From: Phoronis australis
Lineage: Eukaryota; Animalia; Phoronida
Reading direction: 5' to 3'
Assembly: GCA_002633005.1 (NCBI GenBank)
Contig: NMRA01000326.1
Span: 1-64,000 of the forward strand
DNA: 64,000 nt
The position numbers and the translations under genes are program-made. Below the pieces are notes generated by a model. It ran no database searches, was not told the DNA's origin, and saw nothing but the letters and a program-made list of their open reading frames with translations. How positions within the stretch are numbered: the stretch's first letter is position 1; each line of letters opens with the position of its first letter. Shown one piece after another: positions 40,801 through 48,176 of the stretch.

Positions 40801-41806
40801 GTACTTGTGGTAGATCTAAACTTCACATGTACATGTTAAATAATGTACATCTAATTTCACATGTACATGCCATAGATCTAAACTTCACATGTACATGTTA
40901 AATAATGTAGATCTAATTTCGCATGTACATGTCATAGATCTAAACTTCACATGTACATGTTAAATAATGTAGATCTAATTTCACATGTACATGTCATAGA
41001 TCTAAACTTCACATGTACATGTTAAATAATGTAGATCTAATTTCACATGTACATGTCATAGATCTAAACTTCACATGTACATGTTAAATAATGTACATCT
41101 AATTTCACATGTACATCACATAGATCCTCTTCACATGTACATGTTGTAGATACACCTCACAAATACATGCCATCTTAGATCTTTTTCATAATGTACATGC
41201 CCTAGGTTTACTTCACATGTACGTGCCGTTGATCTAACTTCAGTATCACTGCATTCTTTATTGCTGCAATCTTAGGATATTGATTAATGCAACGAAAAAA
41301 AATTAGAGGTGATTTTTATATAAAAACTGCCAACACTTGAAAATGAACATGCCCCACAGCCGCCATCTTGAAGGTGACTTCCGGTTCAATAATTTTTTAT
41401 AAAAGCTTATTAAACTCAACGAACACGTGACCAGTTTGAAAGTGATTGGTTCGCAATTGCGCCCTCTACAGGAGAAAACGTTTTTAGCCCTATTTCGGGG
41501 TGCGCATGCGCCACGTCCAATATTTCCGCCATCTTTAACCGGAAGTCAACGATTTTCTGCACAATTGTAGCACATGCGTTCTAGTATATTCGTACCGATT
41601 TTCAGCCATGTAGGTCGAAAAGTGCGGCCTCTACGAGTATTTGACTGTGAAATCGGATACAAAATGGTCGCCACGTCCGCCATTTTGTATCTGATCATGA
41701 CCAAAAACAATAGCGTTCTAGTGATTCCCGATCTACATGTTGTGTGCAAATTTCATGACAATCGGACCAGAATTGCGACCTGTAGAGAGCGAACAAACAA
41801 AANNNN

Positions 41807-41840
<34 letters not shown>

Positions 41841-44829
41841 TGCTGTCAGAGCAACATACTTGGCGGAAGAATTCCGCCAAGTAATAAACCATTATCCTTT
41901 AACAGTGCTCCCAATTTGTCAACCAGAATTAAAAGTAATTTTTTAGTCTTTGGAGGTACTAACAATAAATTGTTGCTATGAACTGAACATGCCTCAGTGG
42001 CCTGAGTTGACACATTTGGACACTAAAAGCTTATAATGACTATCAACACTTGTCTAGCTAACTAAGAGCATATAATGACTATCAACACTAGCTATCTAAG
42101 TGCATATAATGGCTATAAACACTTGCTAGAATCACTGCCCCAGGATTCTGGGTGTTCTGTGGCTTTAGCATGGTCATTACCAGACTGAGTGTCGTAGTGA
42201 TAAACTTAGAGCTATGTATACACCCAGCATGTCATCTTATGCATATACGCGTCATTACATCTCAATCTACAGTATGTAGACGCTACGCTAAAATGAAAAA
42301 GTTGGTGTTTTACATCTGTAGTGGTCATTACTAGGAAAGAGGTTGATTTTATACTGCTGTGAAGGGTTTGTATGTTAACTACTTTGTAGCACCTCCACCT
42401 GAGCTGGTACACAAGGACACGGGCCGTGTGAACATGATAGCAGTGATGAAGCATTATCCTCACATGTCTGCTGACTATGTAAGTATATATTGAGTCATCC
42501 TCATGGCAGTGATCTAACCATGCAAGTAGTGGCCATGTCTCACACTAACCAATAGACCAGGTCTTCAAATGGTCTAGTGTCAACGATCTTTTAGAGTTCA
42601 ATGCAACACTGGTGAAGCCGAAACTCATAATTGAAGCACAGCTGGGAGAGTGACTTCCTGTTGATAAAATCGGTGAACTCCATTCAGCGCGTGTGCTGTT
42701 CCCTCACTTTCAAGTAATATGAAGTTTGTGATGATGGACATTTATCCAGAGGAGAAGTTTGCCATGCACAATAAAGTTATGAATTAAGGACTTCTTACTG
42801 ACAGTAATTTACGGTAGATTTCCAGAGCTTCCTTGCTCTAACTAGGTATTGAGGACTGTAAGTTGCTGCAAACTCCACTGAAATTTGACTTGATTTTCTG
42901 TTGAAGGAACAATGTAGTGGCATTTTCTTTATGCCTGCTCTTAATTCAACAGATTCCTTGACGAGAATGTCTTATGGAGTTTTAGCTGATATCTTTTTTG
43001 GGATAGGAATTAACATGCTTATTTTGGACACTTGAGATCTATGTTACACCCCCAGTGGCAGCTTGTGTCTTTCTCTGTAAACCCTGTAAAAGATCTTTGA
43101 TGTAACTTAGCTTGAAGTGGGTATTGGACTGCACTCAATGTTCATGCAGACAAATTCATGCAGTGTTGTGCTCTCTAGTGTGAATGTTTGATGCCCCATG
43201 GTAATGAAAAGCCTGTCTTAAATGTGGGAAATTAATAGCCTAAATAAAAAATTTTTCTGAGTAGTAACTTTTGTTAATTACCTTGTGTTGTTAATTATTT
43301 AATTACCAGGTGAAGGAGCAGTGGGACCAATTCAAACGTTATGACACCAACGGTGACTACACTCTGGATCTGTCCGAGATGATGTCAGCACTCAACTCGA
43401 CTGTTGGACAAGCATTTACCGCACAACAAATTAAGGTAGAAAATGTTGATGAGACTAGAATTTTGAGTTGTATACATGACGTTAGAGATTATTCTCGCTT
43501 GAATAAATTCAACATTCACAAGACACATTAATCAGTGTTCAGATATTACGAGAAGATTGCGGCGAGAAAAAATGACATTTGCAAGTACAGAGACAGTAGT
43601 CTTATTTTCTAGTTAACACTTTGTTTTAGCAGTTAACGAGAGAATCAGATAGCCTGTTCACCCTTTTTAGGTGTTTTTGAGCAACCCGTTTTAATTATAC
43701 TTTCAGGATGCCTTACTGGAGATAGATATTGACGGATCAGAAGACCTGGACTTCTATGAATATTTAGGTGTGGCTAGTCTGTTGATGAGGAAAAGCGGTA
43801 AGATTGTGTCAATTATGATCTAGTTTTGGGGAGATGTGTCTATCCTGTTGATAAAGAAATGTAAAAACTTTGATCTCTGAATGATGGTAAGTTTGCGGTG
43901 ACATGATGTTGGAGTTACCATTGGTGATATGTAATAATGAGAACGAGTTGTGAAGACTGCCAGAGGTAAACTGTACTTTAATTGTATCTTTTTAATTTTG
44001 AATATTACTTGAATCAGTGCAAGCACACAATCAAATGTAGGCATGTGTCGTCAGTAGAAGTTAGATGTGATAAACACTTTTGTATGAAATTGGATTAAAA
44101 GTTGCTTTTGCGAGACAAGTTATTGAAAATGAAACTTTAGAAACACCCTGTTAGCCCCAGAGTTTTACATGTAAGATAACGGCTACATCCGGGCCAAAGA
44201 AAAGCAGACTACTTAATATGCAGACTGACAAGCTAAGTGGTGATAAGTTAAGTAGGGTTTCTTGCACTGCAAGTTAGTAACACAAAGTCATTTTGTATTT
44301 TACTTTAAGGGACAACTGAATAAACCCAAGCTTTCTGTCAAAAACCCAACTTTTTCAAGGTCACTCACTGTCATAAAATTTGTCTCGTCTTGTTCTTGTA
44401 CTCAGGTGAGGTGTGGTTTGAGAAGTGACAGGTTGTTATTGCTTCAGACCACACCCACTAAGACATTTATCTTGATAGATTAATGTCAGTCAACAAGACA
44501 GTGTGGCTGTCAACAGAACTTATTCTAAGCAAGTTTTGTAACCAATTTCAGTTCAACCAAAGATATGAATGAGATGATGATGCTTTCGATAAACAATCTC
44601 AACTGTGAGGAGTGTTGATGTTGCTAACACCAGACATAGCTGCTTCAGTGAGATGTGTTCAGCAATTGAAATCTACAGTATGCATGTATATTTAGATGGA
44701 AGTTGTTTACCATTTTGTGGCTGCTTGATGAAATGTTCTGTTTCCATTGCAGGGAAGTCGGAGATATTCCACTCAAACATGGCGCAGACTCAACCAAACA
44801 TTGTCTCAAAAATGTGCGTGATCCAATAG
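10786..44829 (+). CDS. Uncharacterised coiled-coil / EF-hand pair / CaaX protein, 16 coding exons, 569 aa
   Basis: Exons 10786-10860, 13225-13386, 20380-20599, 21637-21775, 22467-22538, 23599-23680, 28657-28756, 32948-33000, 33713-33795, 37286-37439, 38747-38826, 40456-40562, 42390-42478, 43310-43435, 43707-43797, 44753-44829. All introns are GT-AG with compatible phases; total 1710 nt with no internal stop. Start has Kozak-like gccATGG context. EF loops DTNGDYTLDLSE and DIDGSEDLDFYE; ends SKMCVIQ*. Extra exons inside N gaps cannot be excluded. Confidence 0.88.
10921..10984. repeat. (ATT)n microsatellite
   Basis: Imperfect ATT/GTT run. Confidence 0.85.
11995..12480 (-). mobile_element. Possible 3' remnant of an I/Nimb-type LINE
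   Basis: Frameshifted minus-strand translation resembles SxLxTG..KCG..H..CP knuckle and C-terminal helix, then AATAAA; heavily degraded. Confidence 0.35.
13225..13386 (+). CDS. EF-hand/CaaX gene coding exon 2 (QTKRLTDLVF...ARLEEV)
   Basis: ttcttttgcag| ... |GTAAGT, phase 0/0. Confidence 0.85.
13381..13552. repeat. 58-59-bp tandem repeat x3 containing the exon-2 splice donor
   Basis: gaagttgtaagtacagattttgttc..tcatacagtagatctcaaatt repeated three times. Confidence 0.92.
15213..16195 (+). mobile_element. Decayed THAP-domain DNA transposon remnant (Kolobok/Harbinger-type)
   Basis: 15452-15590 reads MTMCVCGGCSNSNMTENVSVFKFSRYVKVAQKWHQFMRRT, an N-terminal THAP zinc-finger pattern; starts at TTAAAGAG; right boundary uncertain. 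Confidence 0.6.
16742..16803. mobile_element. End of a family A repeat in opposite orientation, running into a gap
   Basis: TACTTGGCGAAA...TTTCGCCAAGTATGTTGCTCT followed by poly-T. Confidence 0.6.
16804..17305. other. Assembly gap; others at 24764-25499, 29568-30551, 41803-41806 and 51921-52187
   Basis: Runs of N. Confidence 0.99.
17358..17636. repeat. Two ~160-bp units with (CAT/CGT/CTT)n cores
   Basis: Each starts ttcgtcat and ends ttaatttcgccaag..tcgctc. Confidence 0.7.
20380..20599 (+). CDS. EF-hand/CaaX gene coding exon 3 (DCEQWQEL...KIEELK)
   Basis: tttcag| ... G|GTTTGT, phase 0/1. Confidence 0.85.
20935..21520 (+). mobile_element. Family B dispersed repeat copy
   Basis: atgtgtggatacatattgccgtcatctctg matches the 39250 region; same recurring units. 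Confidence 0.45.
21637..21775 (+). CDS. EF-hand/CaaX gene coding exon 4, coiled coil (EKLSQAQEEIRDLK...)
   Basis: poly-T ttgcag| ... CA|GTAAGT, phase 1/2. Confidence 0.85.
22020..22340 (+). mobile_element. 3' remnant of a similar LINE
   Basis: Translates LEDESHVLLECPLYK (C-terminal Cys/His knuckle), followed by UTR-like sequence ending AATAAAC plus a CTT-rich tail. Confidence 0.55.
22467..22538 (+). CDS. EF-hand/CaaX gene coding exon 5 (LERDSNVILWEKEKEKLL...)
   Basis: tttaacag| ... AG|GTGAGG, phase 2/2. Confidence 0.82.
22706..23156. mobile_element. Foldback MITE, near-complete palindrome with ~200-bp arms and 5-bp TSD TTAAT
   Basis: CAAGGTACCTAAACT...AGTTTAGGTACCTTG; TTAAT at 22701-22705 and 23157-23161. 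Confidence 0.9.
23162..23362. repeat. ~31-bp minisatellite (CAGTCACAGTATAATGCTGACTTCC..), interrupted by the foldback MITE
   Basis: About 6 units; a partial unit also lies left of the MITE at 22663-22700. Confidence 0.85.
23599..23680 (+). CDS. EF-hand/CaaX gene coding exon 6 (EFQLQNRVQELEDENN...)
   Basis: cttgtag| ... |GTAAGT, phase 2/0. Confidence 0.82.
24435..25853. mobile_element. Kolobok-like non-autonomous element (TTAA flanks, imperfect TIRs) spanning a gap
   Basis: TTAA|AGACATAGTTTCACA on the left versus TGTGAATCGACCTCT|TTAA on the right (15/19 match including TTAA); CpG-rich interior; could be two elements. Confidence 0.5.
27515..27604 (+). repeat. Dispersed LINE/SINE 3' tail
   Basis: gcactgaagag.ccaccctcattttaa..(AATA)n, shared with 46598-46670. 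Confidence 0.65.
28657..28756 (+). CDS. EF-hand/CaaX gene coding exon 7 (EVGEKNKLL...EPPK)
   Basis: ctcttcag| ... G|GTAAAC, phase 0/1. Confidence 0.82.
29269..30895. mobile_element. Non-autonomous hAT-like TIR element with 5-bp TSD GTCTA (interior mostly gap)
   Basis: TIR CAGGGCTCGAC / GTCGAGCCCTG; GTCTA at 29264-29268 and 30896-30900; repeated subterminal AGGTCGCA..TGCGACCT motifs at both ends. Confidence 0.85.
30901..31400. repeat. AT-rich degenerate ~41-bp minisatellite (TGATCATTTGTACATTAGTATTTACTAC..); continues at 32780-32925
   Basis: Recurring tgatcattt / tagtatttact motifs. Confidence 0.75.
31404..32760. mobile_element. Putative non-autonomous DNA transposon interrupting an AT-rich minisatellite
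   Basis: Abrupt compositional change; CTAA|AGG ... CCT|CTAA flanks; the minisatellite resumes on the far side; TIRs poorly matched. Confidence 0.4.
32948..33000 (+). CDS. EF-hand/CaaX gene coding exon 8 (GDAGETEDMKKQIYFLEK)
   Basis: atttcag| ... |GTGAGT, phase 1/0. Confidence 0.82.
33713..33795 (+). CDS. EF-hand/CaaX gene coding exon 9 (DLKTFEQELVKQQ...)
   Basis: ttctttcag| ... CA|GTAAGT, phase 0/2. Confidence 0.83.
33990..36930. mobile_element. Putative large non-autonomous DNA transposon(s) in intron 9
   Basis: Imperfect inverted similarity between 33993-34042 (ggtca..gggtca..agat..aaagtt..gtgtat) and 36878-36925; no coding remnant recognised. Confidence 0.3.
37286..37439 (+). CDS. EF-hand/CaaX gene coding exon 10 (KLLESQTL...YYFALDR)
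   Basis: tttcacag| ... |GTAAGA, phase 2/0. Confidence 0.85.
38747..38826 (+). CDS. EF-hand/CaaX gene coding exon 11 (HIVNPAYKNVKR...)
   Basis: ctaat branch-like motif, tttcag| ... AG|GTAAAT, phase 0/2. Confidence 0.78.
39231..40250 (+). mobile_element. Helentron/HINE-like dispersed repeat (family B)
   Basis: Starts TTTTTATGCTCCC..GGGTGCATATTGCCG; internal recurring (t)catgaaatttgg / gtggcaattttt units; related copies listed below. Confidence 0.5.
40456..40562 (+). CDS. EF-hand/CaaX gene coding exon 12 (SLPTNTPAAALNG...KPKK)
   Basis: aatgtag| ... C|GTAAGT, phase 2/1. Confidence 0.78.
40790..41240. repeat. 62-bp minisatellite with palindromic cores (ACATGTACATGT, TAGATCTA), ~5 intact plus degenerate copies
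   Basis: Directly visible. Confidence 0.92.
41335..41885. mobile_element. Helentron/HINE-like non-autonomous repeat (family A)
   Basis: Terminal hairpin TACTTGGCGGAA-gaa-TTCCGCCAAGTA (41857-41883) next to AGAGCAACA and a poly-A tract; the same end appears inverted at 16744-16803. Confidence 0.6.
42032..42130. repeat. Short tandem repeat x3 (TATAATGACTATCAACACT..)
   Basis: Directly visible. Confidence 0.75.
42390..42478 (+). CDS. EF-hand/CaaX gene coding exon 13 (PPPPELVHKDTGRVNM...ADY)
   Basis: ctttgtag| ... |GTAAGT, phase 1/0. Confidence 0.82.
43310..43435 (+). CDS. EF-hand/CaaX gene coding exon 14, EF-hand 1
   Basis: ttaccag| ... AAG|GTAGAA; FKRYDTNGDYTLDLSEM. Confidence 0.9.
43707..43797 (+). 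CDS. EF-hand/CaaX gene coding exon 15, EF-hand 2
   Basis: ctttcag| ... G|GTAAGA; EIDIDGSEDLDFYEYL. Confidence 0.9.
44753..44829 (+). CDS. EF-hand/CaaX gene last coding exon, CaaX box CVIQ*
   Basis: ccattgcag|, phase 1; GKSEIFHSNMAQTQPNIVSKMCVIQ-TAG. Confidence 0.87.
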
Positions 44830-46597
44830 AAGGACTTTGCATAGCCATGACGACTTGACTGCACAGCACAACGCATAATGAGTGTGAATTTTGTGCCAAG
44901 ATCCAAGATGTGTGTGTGAGATAGCAGCAGAAGCAAATTCTAGTGCCTCAGTGTTTGCCACTGCCACTAGGGTTGCATTCAGGGCTGAGGCTAATCATAC
45001 ACAGGATGTATTTATGCAATACTCTGCTGAGAATGCTGAAAGACAGGACCTGAGCTCTACATTGAAGTAAAGCTGAGGCAGACAAAAAACTATAAGCTTG
45101 ATCCAATGGTTAAAATGCAAGACAGTTAACTTGAGGTGTGCAACAAATGAGCTTGATGGAATTTTCCCTTGTTAGGCAGTGATGTAAATATCTCGCTAGA
45201 TTTCTTACTTCACAAGACTTAGTCCAAATCCTCACAGTAGGTGGGCGGAATGTGCTGCCTACATGGTTGGTTGATTAGCTTTGTTAACAAATGAAGTTTA
45301 AACTGGTCACATAAGCGAATGGCACGTACCAAATGAACAGGAAGCATGTCAAAATGTAATCTTGAGTAACAACAAGGCAGCAGCTGAATAAACCGATATT
45401 TTATTATTTCCCTTGCTGTCAGTTGGTAATGATCTGTGTTTGAGTTACTTGCATTTAAGGCACCTAGCTGAGCTCATAGGTCTTCATCAGATCTAAGCTT
45501 TAACTTCTAGTATGGGTACACATACCTGGCTGCTACCATGAGGTGGTTACATGTCTGCGCTTGTTGCAAGTACTAAGTAAACCTATGATGACATCTCAGG
45601 CTGTTGTTGCAAAGGGATTCAATGAGCCACTCTGTTCTTACCCAGAGGATACTGTTTTGAGTGATCTGTTGTTATGTTGGTATGCAGCAGAAAGGTTCAT
45701 AATAAACACAATCACCTAACAGACACTAACAAGTTAATAGATTATTTGGCAAATGAACAAGTTGATTTTGAAAGAGAGGTGATTTTTCTAACGATTAAGT
45801 TATTTGTACCAAATTCACAGATACTTGTCAAATGAATAGGTTATTGTTGAAAAAAAGGACAAGTTACTAGTCAAATGAACATTACAGTTCTGACAGACAG
45901 ACAGGTTAGTCATCAAATGAATATGTTATTTTCAAACAAACGGAGAAGTCTAATAAGTGAGATAGGGGGCGCCGTAGCAACTCAAGAAATAGCCAAAGCC
46001 CTGCATTTACCACAATAGTTCCTTGTGATCTCCAGAGATTAAAGAATTTCTTACAATTTGGTATTCTTCAAATAATCCTGTGTTTGCTTTTTAAAATGGG
46101 ATTTGACGGCAAAAAGTAAAACTGTTAATGACCATGCACATATTATTTTCAAAGCTTAGTTAGCCATGCCACCCAATAACTGTTGCAATAATTTGTCTAA
46201 TTATTCACACTGAGACATTCAATCATGTCTAATCTTGTTTTGAAACTGTATTTAGTTTACTGCAATATTTTGCTGTTTTATTAGTGGTCTGTAAATGGCA
46301 TCAGTGCTGTAAGAATTTCACATACCTTTACTTGAACAATGGTGCATGAGTTCTTGTCGTATCCAAAAATTATTGGTAACAAAATACAGTTTCTGGGAGC
46401 AGTCAGTTGTGGAGTCTTGAGGTCATAATTTGCTTTCAAGTGACACCTTCTTCATTCGACTTGTTCAGTCAATGGTTGACTTGTCTGTTCAACATGTGGC
46501 TTGACAGACACATAACTTGGGAGGCTCGAGCTGTGTCTGTCAGGTGCACTTGTCAAATTACTGGTTTATTCAACAGGTGGCACTTGTGTATCCAACA

Positions 46598-46670
46598 GGG
46601 CCCTCTTGAAAAGCACTGAAGAGTCCACCCTCATTTTAAGTATCACAATAATAAATAAATAAATAAAAAA
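46598..46670 (+). repeat. Dispersed LINE/SINE 3' tail, second copy
   Basis: Matches 27515-27604. Confidence 0.65.
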
Positions 46671-47304
46671 TCTGTAAAGTTGTCTCATCTGTTTGGAAAA
46701 CTAGTTTTGAATGTTTTTTTGACAAATCAATTCCGAGTTGGCCACTTGGTTGCATAGTTGTTTATTTCCGTGGTTCAAATATTAAGTACAGAAAGGACCA
46801 ATATTATTGCTTCAGGATAACATTACAAGATTCCCTTCATTGGCACACTTTTAGTATCATGTATTGTGATAGTTTTCAGTACTTTTTGGAAACTATACAA
46901 TGCTTGCTTTCTGATAGAGTTGCAATGACTTTTCACCTACATTTGCTCTAAAGAAGAACCTCAGTTGCAACTGAAGATGGTAAAACTGACTGTAATCTCA
47001 CTTAAAAGTGAGAAGGAATTCACGTGAATGTGGCAGTGTCTTAGCTGCACAAAACCTTGGTCAATAATTGCTGAAATGTTTTTATATCAGGCAAAGTTCT
47101 TTCAACTGAACGCAAATTTCCATCAGGTAGCGTTGGGCAGTGATATGAGAAACAGAATCTCCACGTCTTGATCCAGTTCCCTATTGCTGCAAACAGCCTT
47201 GCCAGTACCGAGTGGTATTGTCATTCAAAGTCAATTTGGAATTGAGCCTGGAATCTGAAACTGTACTTCATTATCCATCCACCTTCTATCAAAAAGCTAT
47301 TAAA

Positions 47305-47374
47305 GCCAGTTATGACTGAGGCCAGTTATGACTGAGGCCAGTTATGACTGAGGCCAGTTATGACTGAGGCCAGT
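47305..47374. repeat. 16-bp tandem repeat x4 (GCCAGTTATGACTGAG)
   Basis: Perfect copies. Confidence 0.92.
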
Positions 47375-47660
47375 CACTGTTATGAATCTCAACTTATAGT
47401 CTTGGCAAAAATAATCAGTTAACTATAAGACTTTGCTAAGCACATAAAATGATGAATTCACTGTCATGGGATTTGTCTCAACTAACAAACTTTGAAACTT
47501 CCACATCCGGTAAGTTAGCCAAACTTAAGACAAAACTTAAGTTAAAAACTTATTAGTTATACTTAAGATCAATTTCTTAGAACAGACTTTACTTTTGTAT
47601 TAAAATTGACTAAAATTCAAGATTTGTCTTCGCCAAGTCAGCTTTCTTAGAACCACCCCC
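47375..47660. mobile_element. Diverged relative of the 58539-58781 MITE
   Basis: Shared tttgaaacttcca..cggtaagt, acaaaactta and aagtcag..ttct..gaac terminal block. Confidence 0.55.
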
Positions 47661-48176
47661 TGGTCTCCAGCATTCACCTTTTGCCAGTTTTTTCCAAGCT
47701 CACAAACCACCTGCATAAGGAACAGGTCTAGCCCAGTTGCACAATAATAATTTTTGACTAAGTTCAATCTTCAAAAGTCAGTGTTGAACTTTTATTGCTG
47801 AAACAAAATGCTCCATTTCATTTTTTTGCTTTTAACGAAGTTAAGATGTTCAGACAGTGACCCGTATATCAAGAATTACACGTGTCCAGAAAATGGCTCT
47901 CATTATCTGATGCTAATTTGGAGTTGCATAATCTTTGTTAGAAAATAGATCTCAAGACTTTACTTGATCCTGTGTTGCCAAACCATTTTAAGATTCTTAA
48001 TTTGTGAATGTTGTTGTTATGGGGACATTTATTGCTGCTTATGTCTCAGCAAATGGATTTCAATAAAAAATAACTGTGAATTATGAGTTTGAAAATAATA
48101 AAAATATTTTGTGAATATAGTTTGTGTTGTAGAGTCTGCAATCTTTAAAAATAACAACAGTACATAACAAAATAAT

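Noticed and set aside
42595-42655. Alternative candidate for coding exon 13 after ttttag
   Set aside because: Both phase-compatible readings hit stop codons, whereas 42390-42478 fits cleanly.
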